Below, one piece after another: positions 1-10,641 of a DNA stretch of 64,000 bases. The position numbers and the translations under genes were made by a program. The stretch is from an uncultured delta proteobacterium (GTDB taxonomy: Bacteria; Desulfobacterota; RBG-13-43-22): positions 480,001 through 544,000 of the forward strand of contig CAWJJC010000028.1 of assembly GCA_963843145.1 (NCBI GenBank). Reading direction: 5' to 3'. Below the pieces are notes generated by a model that was not told the origin of the DNA, made no database searches, and saw nothing but the letters and a program-made list of their open reading frames with translations. How positions within the stretch are numbered: the stretch's first letter is position 1; every line of letters begins with the position of its first letter.

Positions 1-736
1 CCAGGGTCTGGACCTCATCCGGAGTGGAACAACCGACGATGGCCACGGTGATATTCTGGGAGAGGGCATAACGGATTAATTCCTCGGCGCTGACCTCCAG
101 ACCGGGTTGGAGATAATACCCGGCCCCCAGGACTTTCATACCGATTACGGCCAGCCCTTTCTCCCTGGCGGCGGCCAGGGTCGAATCCAGAAAGCCGCCC
201 AGAACCCCCTCCACCGGATTGACCGGCAGGAGGACCGCGTCCACCGGCCAGTTGCTGACGGCCCGGGTCAGAACGGAGGGATCGTGGTGGCCGGTGACGC
301 CGATGAAGCGGATCAACCCCTGAGCCCGGGCCTCCAGGAAAGCCTCCAAAGCCCCGCCCGGAGATTCAATTTGTTTTAAATCCCCCTCGGTCCGGACATC
401 GTGGATCTGCCAGAGATCCAGGTAGGAGGTCCCCAGATTGGACAGGGTTTGCTGTAAATCCTGCCAAGCCCCCTTTCTATCCCGGCTGGCTGATTTGCTG
501 GTTTGAAATACTTTCTCCCGAACCTGAGGGAGGCTTGGCCAGACGGTCCCATAGTACTTTTCGCTTCCGGCATAGGCCCGGGCCGAGTCAAAATAGGTGA
601 TCCCCTGGTCCAAGGCCTCCCGAATCACGGCCTGAGCCTGCGGAGTCCGGCCGTGGGTCCGGAGGATTCCCTCGCCGCCCAACCCTACCCGGGTTACGGT
701 CCGGCCGGTTTTCCCAAAAGGACTGGTCAGGGTCAT
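1..736 (-). CDS. Aldo/keto reductase (3' end beyond window start)
   Basis: Manual translation from ATG at 736: MTLTSPFGKTGRTVTRVGLGGEG...ALDQGITYFDSARAYAGSEKYYG. The GITYFDSAxxY motif is typical of AKRs. Absent from the ORF track because it is truncated. Confidence 0.85.
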   Translation of the reverse strand, partial: MTLTSPFGKTGRTVTRVGLGGEGILRTHGRTPQAQAVIREALDQGITYFDSARAYAGSEKYYGTVWPSLPQVREKVFQTSKSASRDRKGAWQDLQQTLSNLGTSYLDLWQIHDVRTEGDLKQIESPGGALEAFLEARAQGLIRFIGVTGHHDPSVLTRAVSNWPVDAVLLPVNPVEGVLGGFLDSTLAAAREKGLAVIGMKVLGAGYYLQPGLEVSAEELIRYALSQNITVAIVGCSTPDEVQTL

Positions 737-746
737 AATTTGATTT

Positions 747-1151
747 TCACTTTTCTGAACCGGGCAAATCAGAGAGATCCACATCCCGGGCATCCGTCAA
801 ACTTTGTCCGGTTTTTTCAAATTCTTCGGCGTCCGGTCGGCAGAGTCGAGTCCAAGGTATGGCCTGCATCCGCTTGAGCGGGATGGATTGGCCGCATTCC
901 TCGCAAAGTCCGTACTTGCCGACCTCCATTTTTCTGAGAGCCAATTCAAGGGCTTCGATTTCTCCCCGCTCCCGCGAACCCAGTTGATTAAAAAGATCGG
1001 CCCGTTCGGCCTTCTGGGCCTGTTCTTCCATTTCAACTTGAGGTTCCTGTAAATCCTGCAGTCCGGATTCCAAACCGCGTACCTGATCGAAAATTTCCTT
1101 GCGTTTCAATAAGAGTTGGTTCCGCAAGCGGGACAGGTCTTGCTCATTCAT
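747..1151 (-). CDS. TraR/DksA-family C4 zinc-finger protein
   Basis: Coiled coil followed by YGLCEECGQSIPLKRMQAIPWTRLC. The last Cys is replaced (CRPD) and the tip is EMEEQA rather than DxxDxA. Confidence 0.85.
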   Translation of the reverse strand: MNEQDLSRLRNQLLLKRKEIFDQVRGLESGLQDLQEPQVEMEEQAQKAERADLFNQLGSRERGEIEALELALRKMEVGKYGLCEECGQSIPLKRMQAIPWTRLCRPDAEEFEKTGQSLTDARDVDLSDLPGSEK

Positions 1152-1342
1152 GGTCGCCCTCCATAAATTTTTATTGAAAAGAACCACTAGAGAGATTTAA
1201 TATCAAACTTACCAAAGTCTAACCGGGTAGTCAATAAAACGCGCTGAAGGGATGAGAACATGGAGGGACTGGACCAAAGGCATAAGGGCAAAGGATAAAG
1301 GGTTCAATGGAAAAATACCCGAAAGAGAATTGAGTAAGGCCC

Positions 1343-2271
1343 TTGGCTCCCGCGCTTTATAACGAGTATTCCGCCTACTTGAAAAAAATGTTCGGCTGCC
1401 GGGTGCAGAAGATCCCTCTGGATGCCGGGCTAACCTGTCCGAACCGTGACGGGAGCAAGGGGATCGGAGGATGCCTTTACTGCGATGCCCGGGGCTCGGG
1501 GACCGGAGCGTCTGCCCGGCTGCCCTCCATAACCGACCAGCTTCGTCAGGGGAAGGATTTTTTTGGAAAACGCTATGGGGCCAAGAAGTTCATCGCTTAT
1601 TTTCAGTCCTTTTCCAATACCTACGCCCCGCTGGACCTCCTCGAAAAATTGTATCGGGAGGCCTTGGACCAGGAAGGAGTGGTGGGCCTGGCCGTGGGGA
1701 CCCGCCCCGACTGTGTTAACTCGGAGGTCCTGGATCTTCTGTCGTCCTATCAAAGGACGCATTTGGTCTGGATGGAATACGGTCTTCAATCCTTTCATCC
1801 GGAGACGCTGCGACGGATCAATCGGGGCCATACGGGGGAAGAATTCGAACAGGCCGTTTTAGAAACCCGGAAAAGGGGGCTGAATCTTTGTGTCCATGTG
1901 ATTCTGGGACTGCCCGGGGAAGGGCTTCCAGAGGTTCTGGAAACGGCCCGCCGCTTATCCGGGCTGGATATTCAGGGCCTTAAAATTCATTCGCTCTACA
2001 TCAACCAGGGCACGGGGCTGGAGGCCTGGTACCGGGATGGTCGTTATCGGCCGCTGACTCAGGGCCAATATGCGGACTGGGCCTGCCAATTCTTGGAGCA
2101 CATCCCCCCGGACTGGATTATTCAGCGCCTGACCGGGGATCCGAATCCCGGGGAACTGGTGGCGCCAAGCTGGGCGCTGGAAAAGAAAAAAACCCTGGAG
2201 CTGATCCGGACCTTGTTAGAAAAAAAGGGGGGTATCAGGGAATTAGATACAAAACCCTCGAAAACGGATAA
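1343..2271 (+). CDS. TIGR01212/YhcC-type radical SAM protein (natural end probably in the -1 frame; as written it reads through into Ogt)
   Basis: TCPNRDG...GGCLYC, YFQSFSNTY, GTRPDC, EYGLQS. The family-like ...YQG tail and stop (2269-2271) lie in the -1 frame after the A7G6 run. Confidence 0.85.
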
Positions 2272-2278
2272 GGGTGTT

Positions 2279-2848
2279 ATGAAATTATCGAAAACTGGAA
2301 GGCCTGAGAAAGACCCCGACACCGTATCTTATGACTCCCGGTTGTTTCCTTCGGTCGGCCGGATTTACGTGGCGGCCACTTATCGGGGGATATGCCGGAT
2401 TTCCTTTCCGGCTCACCCGGTGGAACATTTTTTCAAGACCGTTATCAAAAAATACAATCCTAGTATTTTAATCCAAAACAATATGTTATTTGATAATTTC
2501 TATATCCAGCTTGAAGAATATTTAACCGGCCGGCGGGCGCTATTTTCCATCCCCCTGGACCTCCAGGGGACCTCTTTCCAGTCAGAGGTCTGGCAGGCTC
2601 TGGCTCAGATCCCCTATGGGGAGACCCGCAGTTACGGGGAGATTGCCAGACAGATCGGTCGTCCTAAAGCCGTCCGAGCCGTAGGGCAGGCCAACCATGT
2701 CAACCCCGTACCCATCCTTATTCCCTGCCACCGGGTCATCGGGTCTAAGGGGGACCCGGTGGGGTATGGGGGGGGAGTCCCGCTGAAAAATCAATTCCTG
2801 GCTTTAGAGAAAAAATTTCGTTGCAACTTTCTTTTCTCCCCGTTATAA
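2279..2848 (+). CDS. ogt: Methylated-DNA--protein-cysteine methyltransferase
   Basis: GTSFQ.EVW.AL.QIPYGETRSYGEIA, RAVGQA and the active-site PCHRV. It has its own ATG at 2279 preceded by AAGGG. Confidence 0.9.
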   Translation: MKLSKTGRPEKDPDTVSYDSRLFPSVGRIYVAATYRGICRISFPAHPVEHFFKTVIKKYNPSILIQNNMLFDNFYIQLEEYLTGRRALFSIPLDLQGTSFQSEVWQALAQIPYGETRSYGEIARQIGRPKAVRAVGQANHVNPVPILIPCHRVIGSKGDPVGYGGGVPLKNQFLALEKKFRCNFLFSPL

Positions 2849-2849
2849 T
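2821..2849 (+). promoter_or_regulatory. sigma70-type promoter for nrdJ
   Basis: TTGCAA-N17-TATAAT upstream of nrdJ. Confidence 0.6.
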
Positions 2850-2878
2850 ACTACCCATTGTATAACTTATTGCGCTAT

Positions 2879-2894
2879 TGTCTATATATGGTAT
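2879..2894. promoter_or_regulatory. Candidate NrdR box
   Basis: TGTCTATATATGGTAT matches the conserved positions of acaCwAtATaTwGtgt and lies just downstream of the predicted promoter of a ribonucleotide reductase gene. Confidence 0.55.
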
Positions 2895-3078
2895 AACTAC
2901 TGCGGTACGGCGATAGCGGTATGCTCGCCTTCCCAGCCAACCGGACCGGGGAAGACATTCTTAAAAAAATTCTTACAACCAACAGCCCTCCCAGGGGCCC
3001 CGGCGAATATTTTGGTTCAATTTAGCCGTTGGCATTATCTTTTGATCTTTGGAAATAAATAGAATTGAGGAGTTTTCT

Positions 3079-5265
3079 ATGGCCACCCGTGTTTCTAAAA
3101 TCGTCCTGTCACCCAATGCCCAAATCGTCTTAAACAAACGCTACCTGCGGAAAAATGACAAGGGGCAGGTGATCGAGAAACCGGAGGACATGTTTCGCCG
3201 GGTGGCCCGGGTGGTGGCCTCGGCCGACGCCCTCTACGGGAAGAAGACCCAGGTTAAGAAGAGCGAGGAAACTTTTTTTCGGATGATGACCCAGTTGGAG
3301 TTTATGCCCAATTCTCCGACCCTGATGAATGCCGGCCGCCAACTGGGACAGCTCTCCGCCTGTTTTGTTCTCCCGGTGGAGGATTCGATTGACAGCATTT
3401 TTGAGGCCATCAAACAAACGGCCATTATTCATAAAAGCGGCGGAGGGACCGGCTTTTCCTTTTCCAGAATCCGTCCGGAAAAGGATACGGTCAAATCCAC
3501 GCACGGCATTTCCAGCGGCCCCATTTCTTTCATGACCGTTTTTGATGTGGCCACCGAGACCATTAAGCAGGGGGGGACCCGGCGGGGGGCCAACATGGGA
3601 CTGCTCCGGGTGGACCACCCGGATATTGAAAAGTTTATTGAAGCCAAGCTGCAGACCGACCGCCTGAATAATTTCAATATCTCGGTCCTCATCCCGGATG
3701 CCTTTATGGAGGCCCTGGAAAAGGATCAGAACTATGACCTGGTCAATCCCCATACCGGTAAGGCCGTCCGCTCCGTTTCCGCCTTGTCCATTTTTAACAA
3801 GATCGTCCATTCCGCCTGGCGTAGCGGAGAACCGGGAGTGGTGTTTATCGACCGGATCAACCGGGATAACCCGACGCCGCATCTGGGACCCATCGAGGCC
3901 ACCAATCCCTGCGGGGAACAGCCCCTGTTGCCCTACGAGTCCTGCAACCTGGGGTCCCTCAACCTGGCCCGGATGGTGAAAAAGGGCAAAGTGAATTTCG
4001 AGAAGCTGCGCGGCACTATTCAGGAAGGGGTCCATTTTCTGGATAACGTCATTGATGTGAATAAATACCCCCTGCCGGAGATCGAAAAAATGACCCGGGG
4101 CAATCGCAAAATCGGCCTGGGTTTGATGGGCTTTGCCGATCTGCTGATCCAGGTGGGGGTTCCCTACAACTCGGAGCGGGCCGTGGAACTGGCCGAGCAG
4201 ATCATGGAATTCATTCAGACCGAGGCCCGAAAATCTTCGACCCAATTGGCCCGCGAGCGGGGAAATTTCCCCAATTTCAAGGGAAGCGTTTATGATCCGG
4301 GGCGGAAGGCCAAGGCCTACATGCGCAACGCCACCGCCACCACCCTGGCCCCCACCGGGACCATCAGCATCATTGCCGGGGCCTCCAGCGGCATTGAACC
4401 CTTGTTTGCCGTCTCTTACTATCGAACAGTGCTGGACGGAACCCGGATGGTGGAGGTTAATCCCTACTTCAAAAAAGCGGCCAAGGAGAAGGGCTTTTAC
4501 CGGCCCGAACTGATGGAGGAGATTGCCAAAGAAGGCTCCATCAAGCACCTGGAAGGGATCCCGGAGGAGTTGAAAACCCTGTTTGTCACCTCCCACGATA
4601 TCGACCCGGAATGGCATATACGCATCCAGGCGGCCTTTCAGCGGCACACGGACAACGCCGTCTCCAAGACCATCAATTTTCCCGAGGAAGCCACCCCGGA
4701 AGAAGTCAAGACCGCCTATTTGCTGGCCTACCGGGAGGGGTGTAAGGGGGTCACCATCTATCGCTACGGGAGCCGGGAAACCCAGGTGCTGAATCTGAGC
4801 AAGCCGGCGGAAGGCCCGAAGATCAATCCCCGCCCCCGGCCGGACCGGACCAACGGGGTCACGGAACGGATCAACACCGGCTGCGGGAAACTGTATGTAA
4901 CTATCAACGAGGATGAAAAAGGGTATTGCGAGGTCTTCGCCCAGATGGGCAAAACGGGGGGCTGCGCCTCGTCCCAGATCGAGGCCACCGGCCGATTGAT
5001 TTCCCTGGCCCTGCGCTCCGGGATCTCCATGGGTTCCGTTATCCGGCAGCTTTCCGGGATTCGCTGCCCCTCTCCGGCTTGGGTCAACGGCCACCAGGTC
5101 CTCTCCTGCCCGGATGCCATCGGCCGGGTGATCGGCAACTACACCCAGATCGAGACCTCCGAAAGCGGATCGCTTATGGGTTCCTGCCCGGATTGCGGCG
5201 GCCAGGTGGTCCACGAAAACGGCTGTCTGAACTGCCATTCCTGCGGATTTTCCAGGTGCAGTTGA
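3079..5265 (+). CDS. nrdJ: Adenosylcobalamin-dependent (class II) ribonucleotide reductase with C-terminal TSCPD and zinc-ribbon domains
   Basis: [44 protein letters not shown] and CPDCG...CHSCG. RBS GAGGAG before ATG 3079. Confidence 0.95.
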   Translation: MATRVSKIVLSPNAQIVLNKRYLRKNDKGQVIEKPEDMFRRVARVVASADALYGKKTQVKKSEETFFRMMTQLEFMPNSPTLMNAGRQLGQLSACFVLPVEDSIDSIFEAIKQTAIIHKSGGGTGFSFSRIRPEKDTVKSTHGISSGPISFMTVFDVATETIKQGGTRRGANMGLLRVDHPDIEKFIEAKLQTDRLNNFNISVLIPDAFMEALEKDQNYDLVNPHTGKAVRSVSALSIFNKIVHSAWRSGEPGVVFIDRINRDNPTPHLGPIEATNPCGEQPLLPYESCNLGSLNLARMVKKGKVNFEKLRGTIQEGVHFLDNVIDVNKYPLPEIEKMTRGNRKIGLGLMGFADLLIQVGVPYNSERAVELAEQIMEFIQTEARKSSTQLARERGNFPNFKGSVYDPGRKAKAYMRNATATTLAPTGTISIIAGASSGIEPLFAVSYYRTVLDGTRMVEVNPYFKKAAKEKGFYRPELMEEIAKEGSIKHLEGIPEELKTLFVTSHDIDPEWHIRIQAAFQRHTDNAVSKTINFPEEATPEEVKTAYLLAYREGCKGVTIYRYGSRETQVLNLSKPAEGPKINPRPRPDRTNGVTERINTGCGKLYVTINEDEKGYCEVFAQMGKTGGCASSQIEATGRLISLALRSGISMGSVIRQLSGIRCPSPAWVNGHQVLSCPDAIGRVIGNYTQIETSESGSLMGSCPDCGGQVVHENGCLNCHSCGFSRCS

Positions 5266-5280
5266 TCGTTGACTTGACCA

Positions 5281-5577
5281 ATGCTTTTAATGGGGCTCAA
5301 TATCGGTTTAGTGGCGGCGACCATTTTTTCGGTCTTGACCAATCACTCCATTCCCGTTGCTTTAGCGGTTTCCTGTGGGGCGATAGGAGGGGTGACGGTT
5401 TATTCGAGGATCAAAATCTGGAAAACCGGTAAAGTGAGACGCCTTTATGATCTGGTGCGGGACTACGAAGAAGCCGCGAAAAAGATGAGAACGTTCGACG
5501 CCATGTTTTGGGCCACCGGGGTGTTCAATCTGCTAGTCTGCCTCGCGTATGTGCTCAAGGGATATTTGAGCGCCTAG
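5281..5577 (+). CDS. Hypothetical small membrane protein
   Basis: 98-aa ORF with about three hydrophobic segments, directly after nrdJ. Confidence 0.5.
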   Translation: MLLMGLNIGLVAATIFSVLTNHSIPVALAVSCGAIGGVTVYSRIKIWKTGKVRRLYDLVRDYEEAAKKMRTFDAMFWATGVFNLLVCLAYVLKGYLSA

Positions 5578-5676
5578 CAACAACCTGCCGGATCGGCACG
5601 CCTCCCGCCTTTGGCCGACCGACCGTAGGGGTGGGACGACCCTTCCTCTGCCACCAGGATTCGACACTTAACCGTC

Positions 5677-6246
5677 GTGACAAAAAAAAGTTCAAAAATC
5701 AAACCGGTCTTTCGAATTATCTCCGGCGGTCAAACCGGAGTGGACCGGGCCGCCCTGGACCTGGCCCTGGAACTGGAGATCCCCTGCGGGGGTTGGATTC
5801 CCAAAGGCCGGCGAGCCGAAGACGGGGCGATTCCGGAGTCGTATCCCTTAAGGGAGATGCCGTCGCCCGGATATCCGGCCCGGACCGCTAAAAACGTCCG
5901 TGAGTCGGATGGGACTCTTATACTGACTTGGGGACCACCCAGCGGAGGAACGGCCCTGACCGTCAGGCTGGCCCGAAAGCAGGGAAAGCCCTTCCTTTTG
6001 GTAGACCTGGCCAAAGGCGGTGACCCGAAAACCATTCGGGATTGGATCGGATTGAACGAAATCAAAATACTGAACGTAGCCGGTCCCCGGGAAGGCCAGG
6101 TTCCCGGCATCCATAACCAGGCCCTCATTTTTCTAAGGCGGGTGTTAAAAAAGGGGTTCTTATTTCCCAGGGCAGGGGAAAGTCAAAGGCCTGATGGCGT
6201 CCGCTTGAGTCGGCATTCAGACCCAAGCCTTAATCAGGTGGGATAG
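5677..6246 (+). CDS. Putative molybdenum carrier / SLOG-family protein
   Basis: IISGGQTGVDRAALD, GWIPKGRRAEDG, NVRESDGTLI, LNVAGPRE. Confidence 0.85.
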   Translation: MTKKSSKIKPVFRIISGGQTGVDRAALDLALELEIPCGGWIPKGRRAEDGAIPESYPLREMPSPGYPARTAKNVRESDGTLILTWGPPSGGTALTVRLARKQGKPFLLVDLAKGGDPKTIRDWIGLNEIKILNVAGPREGQVPGIHNQALIFLRRVLKKGFLFPRAGESQRPDGVRLSRHSDPSLNQVG

Positions 6247-7074
6247 GGTCCCGACTCGTAGCCCGTCCAGGCGGTCCTTAAAGTATTGGGCATTGATCTC
6301 TTCCGGCCCTTGGTCCTCTACCGTTCCGAAACCCAGGGCGCGTAGATCCCCGGTCAGCAATCCGGGGTCGAAGAAGGCCTGCCACGGCTCTCCGGCCGAT
6401 GCTACCCGCTGCGCAAGTGCCTCGAAGACCAAACGCTGGGCCGGGGACAACAAAGACGGTGAGATCGCGTAGTCGAAGACGACCCCGCTTTCCGCCGGCG
6501 CCGAGGCGATGAAACGCAAGGTCGCCATCACGGCTTCGGTGGTCAGGTAAGGCGTCACGCCGAGCCACGAAAAGAAGGTCCCCTGGTCCGGATCATACCC
6601 CGCGCAGTGTAGCCCCTCGGCCAGCGTTTGTGCTTCGAAGTCGATGGGTGCGAAGGTAAGGTCACTGGGAAGGGTAATTCCGATCTCCTCAAGGCGCTCC
6701 TTTTTCCAGGTCTGCGTTGCAGGATGATCGACTTCAAACACCCGCAATACTCCTTGAGGATACGGGTTTCGGTAGGCGAAGGTATCCAACCCGGCGCCTA
6801 AAATGACATATTGGCGCACGCCGTGTTGAACACCATAGGCCAATTCGTCCTCGGCTAAGCGGCTGCGGGCGGCCATGAAAGCGCGCAGGTAAGACGACAG
6901 TGGGGTGCCCTCAAATTGACTCGGATCAGCCTGCAAAGCCGCAGCACTATCTCTGCCGATGATGCGCAGCGCGACAGGGTCCTCGAAAACTCTGGGATCA
7001 TCTAATAATTGATGAGACGCCCTTCGCAGCGCCACGCGTTGTGCGGTAATACTGGGTTGATTTTCTTTCATCAA
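6217..7074 (-). CDS. SAM-dependent methyltransferase, leucine carboxyl methyltransferase-like (TIGR00027 type)
   Basis: QYVILGAGLDTFAYR, FEVDHPATQ.WK, WLGVTPYL. Confidence 0.9.
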   Translation of the reverse strand: MMKENQPSITAQRVALRRASHQLLDDPRVFEDPVALRIIGRDSAAALQADPSQFEGTPLSSYLRAFMAARSRLAEDELAYGVQHGVRQYVILGAGLDTFAYRNPYPQGVLRVFEVDHPATQTWKKERLEEIGITLPSDLTFAPIDFEAQTLAEGLHCAGYDPDQGTFFSWLGVTPYLTTEAVMATLRFIASAPAESGVVFDYAISPSLLSPAQRLVFEALAQRVASAGEPWQAFFDPGLLTGDLRALGFGTVEDQGPEEINAQYFKDRLDGLRVGTLSHLIKAWV

Positions 7075-7097
7075 TGGTCGCCTTTCTCTCGTTATGT

Positions 7098-7679
7098 CTA
7101 AGGGACGGGAACCACCAGGCCGGGGATGGAATCAGCCATCCTTTTTCCTAGGGCGCTGTCGCCCGGCCAACGTTCCCTGAGCGATTGCACCGCGACGATC
7201 TTTTCCAATGGAGTGATCCTGCCGTACCGGAGGGCTTTTGTGGGACAGGTCGAAACGCAAGGGGGGACTCCGCCTGCCAGGACCGGTTCATTCGTACACA
7301 GGTCGCATTTCTGCATGGTCCCGTCTTTCCCGAACTGGGGCACCTGGAAGGGGCACGCCTCGAGGCAGCTTTGACAGCCGGTGCATGCCTCCCGGTCCAC
7401 CAGGACAACACCGTCCTCAGGCCGCTTCTTGATCGCGTCGGCTGGGCAGGCCGTCACGCAGGCGGCATCAACACAGTGCAGGCAGGCCAGGGAAAGGGAA
7501 GCACTTTTCACGTGGGGATAACGTCCCACCCAGAGGTTATCGACCCTTCGCCACTTTACGCCCAGTTCAACCCCTCTCCAGCTTTTACAGGCCGTCTCAC
7601 ATCCGTGACATTGAATACATTGCACTTCGCTGAATAGAATAGCGCATTCTTCAGGCATGTACCCTTCTCCTTCCTCCAC
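7098..7679 (-). CDS. Four-cluster 4Fe-4S electron-transfer subunit (DmsB-like)
   Basis: CIQCHGCETAC, CLHCVDAACVTACP, CTGCQSCLEACP, CDLC...CVSTCP. Confidence 0.9.
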   Translation of the reverse strand: MEEGEGYMPEECAILFSEVQCIQCHGCETACKSWRGVELGVKWRRVDNLWVGRYPHVKSASLSLACLHCVDAACVTACPADAIKKRPEDGVVLVDREACTGCQSCLEACPFQVPQFGKDGTMQKCDLCTNEPVLAGGVPPCVSTCPTKALRYGRITPLEKIVAVQSLRERWPGDSALGKRMADSIPGLVVPVP

Positions 7680-9925
7680 TAGGGCGCGACTCTTCTCACC
7701 TGGACCAGCGTTTGACTGGCCATGGCCGTTATGAGCGGATCATAGGCCGTCTTCGGATCGACGCTATACATGTTATTGACGTTGGCCCCGCCGTCCAGGA
7801 GGGGAGTATCTTCGAACCCCAATTCCGAGCACCCCTGCCACCATCCGTGAAGCATCATTACCGTGTCGGGTCTGATGCCGGGATAAATCTCCGCCTTGAC
7901 CTTCAGCCAACCGTGGGGTGAGTCAACGATTACCCAGTCTCCCTGCTGGATGCCGCGCTCGGAGGCCGTCGCCGGATGGATGTGCAGAAGCGGATAGGGA
8001 GCCAGTTCCCGTAGGAGGGGCAGGTTCCTTTGCCAGGAGGCCGTGTAGCCCTTGGAAGTGTGGTAATCGGAAAGGATGAGGGGATACTTTTCCCGGAGGG
8101 CCGGTGTGCCCGTCAGGCTCTCGGGCGGCTCCCTCCATTCGGGGAGTGGATTGAACCCCGCTTCTTCAAACGAGGTATTGTATATTTCCACCTTTCCGTG
8201 GGGAAGGAAGGGCGTACCGGAAAGGCGGAGACTTTTTCTCCCGAAGAATTGCTCGTATTTCTCGTAGGTCCTGGGAAGGACGTCATAGACGATTCCGGTG
8301 GGATGGCTTCTCAAATCATCGATAGTCATCCGGAAGGGCTGTAATTGATCATTCATCGAATCGGTCATATTGCCGTTCCAAAAGTCCCGGCCGTACCCCA
8401 TTTCCACCGCCAGATCGAGGACGAACTGGTACATGGATTTTAGATCCCCCAGCGGTTCGATCACTTTCCTCCTGGCCATGATCCAGTGTCCCCGCGCCTC
8501 AAAGGGATGATCGGTCTCATAGGGCGTGGCTAAGGGAATGACCACGTCGGCATAAGCCTGATCGGCGGTACGGGCCACGTCGGCGACCACGTAAAAATCG
8601 AGTTTCTTGAGGGCCTCCACCACCTGCTTGGATCCTCGGGTACTGACCGTGGGCTGGGTACCGGGGGCGATCACGGCCCTAATGGGGTACGGTTTTTCGG
8701 TCAAAATGCTGTCGAAGATCCCGTAGTAGCTGGAGGTCAATCCTTCCAGGAAGGGCTGAAAAACCTTCGGAAACTCCGGCCGCACCAGTTTGTCCACCAT
8801 CTCCGGCGTGTAGGGTCCGGGGAAGGTGGCGCTTTTTGGTATGGGCATGATATTGGGGGCGCCGAAATGACCGCCGAGGATATTGCCGCCGGGTCGGTCC
8901 AGGTGGCCCGTAATCGCGATGAGGATGGCCACGGCCCGGATGGCATCATTCGACGAAGGGGCGTGCTCCACACCGTTTCCCAGGTCGATACATGCCCGTT
9001 CAGCCCGGGCGTAGGTTCTGGCGATATCCACAATCTGTGTCGCCGGCACCCCGGTTATCCTTTCCGCCCAGGAGGGCGGGTATTTCTGGATGTGTGTTTT
9101 TAACTGCTCATAACCGAAGCACCAGGCGGCTACGAATTCTTCGTCGAACAACTCCTCGTTCACTACCACGTAAAGCATGGCCAGGGCCAGGGCCGCATCC
9201 GTACCCGGCCGGATGGGCACCCAGACATCGGCCATCCCCACATCCGGCTCTACCGAGGGCTTGATGGCGATGATTTGCGCCCCTCGTTCCTTGGCCCGGA
9301 TAAGACTTCTGGCCCCTTCCATGGCCGGGGCGGAATAGATCGGCTGGCGGCCCCAGTAAATGATCAATTCGCTCTCCTCGATATCCACACCGGGCCAGTC
9401 GGCCAGGGTATAGGAAAAGGCAAAGGCCCGCTGCATGGCGCAGATGCCGCTATGGGCGTAGTTCGGGCTTCCATGGACGCCGAGGAAGCGTCGGAAATAA
9501 TCGTTATAGGACCTGAACGCCGGCGACAGGACGGCGAGAGATTCCGGTCCGAAGGCCTGCTTTTGACGCTTTAAGGTGTCCGCGATGAGACCGATCGCTT
9601 CCCCCCAGGTGATCTTTTTAAACGCACCTTCTCCCTTTTTCCCGACCCGTTTGAGGGGACTGGTCAGCCGGTCTTTCGAATAAACCCATTGTGGCGCCGC
9701 GTGGGCCTTGGGGCATAAGGTCCCCTTGTTAACCGGGGATTCTTTCATCCCCGCCACTTTGGTGAACTGGCCTTCCTTCGCGAAAGCATAAATACCGCAG
9801 CCCATGGTGGGGCCGCACATGGCGCACAAGGTTGGCGTGACGGTTTCCCCAGCCCTCCCCGCCAGAGCAGAGGCCTCATCAAGGCTCATCGATATGAAGT
9901 CATCTTTTTCTCTTGCCGTTGTCAT
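7679..9925 (-). CDS. Mo/W-bisPGD oxidoreductase catalytic subunit, cytoplasmic
   Basis: CAMCGPTMGC...LCPK FS0 motif, RPGTDAALAL, GHLDRPGG and a C-terminal IHPATASERGI domain. No twin-arginine signal is visible. Confidence 0.9.
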   Translation of the reverse strand: MTTAREKDDFISMSLDEASALAGRAGETVTPTLCAMCGPTMGCGIYAFAKEGQFTKVAGMKESPVNKGTLCPKAHAAPQWVYSKDRLTSPLKRVGKKGEGAFKKITWGEAIGLIADTLKRQKQAFGPESLAVLSPAFRSYNDYFRRFLGVHGSPNYAHSGICAMQRAFAFSYTLADWPGVDIEESELIIYWGRQPIYSAPAMEGARSLIRAKERGAQIIAIKPSVEPDVGMADVWVPIRPGTDAALALAMLYVVVNEELFDEEFVAAWCFGYEQLKTHIQKYPPSWAERITGVPATQIVDIARTYARAERACIDLGNGVEHAPSSNDAIRAVAILIAITGHLDRPGGNILGGHFGAPNIMPIPKSATFPGPYTPEMVDKLVRPEFPKVFQPFLEGLTSSYYGIFDSILTEKPYPIRAVIAPGTQPTVSTRGSKQVVEALKKLDFYVVADVARTADQAYADVVIPLATPYETDHPFEARGHWIMARRKVIEPLGDLKSMYQFVLDLAVEMGYGRDFWNGNMTDSMNDQLQPFRMTIDDLRSHPTGIVYDVLPRTYEKYEQFFGRKSLRLSGTPFLPHGKVEIYNTSFEEAGFNPLPEWREPPESLTGTPALREKYPLILSDYHTSKGYTASWQRNLPLLRELAPYPLLHIHPATASERGIQQGDWVIVDSPHGWLKVKAEIYPGIRPDTVMMLHGWWQGCSELGFEDTPLLDGGANVNNMYSVDPKTAYDPLITAMASQTLVQVRRVAP

Positions 9926-10203
9926 TTCTCCTCCAGGCGATCAGCCGTCCCGGCCAGGCTCACCCTTATTATCTTTTAACAGAAGGGTATGACCTGGTAT
10001 CACGGCCTTGCGATGAAATGAGTATAAGACAAGAAGAGGGCCGGCTCAAGGTGAAAAATACCGGTAACCCGATAAACTGGCAAGAAGCCTTTAGGGCAAT
10101 TGAAAAGTTAAATCAGACCGGGCGAAAAGCAAAATCTTCGTTGACTTGAAGTGCGGTTTTGGGGTAACCATAACTTTTTCAGAATAAAGGAGAAGGAGAA
10201 AGT

Positions 10204-10641
10204 ATGGCGTTTAGAATAAGATTGGTTCCCTTGTTTGTTATGGCACTGCTGTTTTTATCCGTAATGCCTTCCTGGGCCGACGTATACCTGCCCTTGATCA
10301 AAAAAGATCCTTTGAGTTCGATTCCAATACTCCACTCTGTTTCTATTATCCCCGATTCCGCATCTTCCGGAAGTGTCGTTGATATATCCTTCAAATTTAT
10401 TTTCACTGATTTCGGTGGAGACCTGAATGGCGGGTCCTTGAATTTCGTTGATCCCAGCGGCACCACCAACACCCTGACCATTCCCGGAAGTTATCAGGGC
10501 CAGACCAGCGGTACCGGATACGGGTATTTGAATAATATGGAAATCGATCTCCCCCCTGGTAAGTATACTATTCCGGTTTATTTGAAGGATAAAGCCGGAA
10601 ACCAATCGAACACCGTCCAGGTAATTTGGACCATAACGTAA
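10204..10641 (+). CDS. Hypothetical secreted protein (beta-rich)
   Basis: Signal-peptide-like N-terminus, RBS GAAGGAG, and a DKAGNQSN motif common in Ig-like domains. Confidence 0.65.
   Translation: MAFRIRLVPLFVMALLFLSVMPSWADVYLPLIKKDPLSSIPILHSVSIIPDSASSGSVVDISFKFIFTDFGGDLNGGSLNFVDPSGTTNTLTIPGSYQGQTSGTGYGYLNNMEIDLPPGKYTIPVYLKDKAGNQSNTVQVIWTIT

Noticed and set aside
1277-1302. AAGGCAT/AAGGGCA/AAGGATA heptamer-like run, also near 59887 and 60857
   Set aside because: Too short and degenerate, with no clear opposing arm at 1277, to call as an element with confidence.
2895-3040. Possible cobalamin riboswitch upstream of nrdJ
   Set aside because: Only a small hairpin is visible; I could not find the B12-box or the conserved GGGAA...GCCCCCGC core.
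3130-5238. 702-aa antisense ORF opposite nrdJ, and similar long shadow ORFs opposite argS, argJ, the kinase and the ndh large subunit
   Set aside because: They mirror well-conserved genes, carry no motifs and are explained by GC-rich codon bias.
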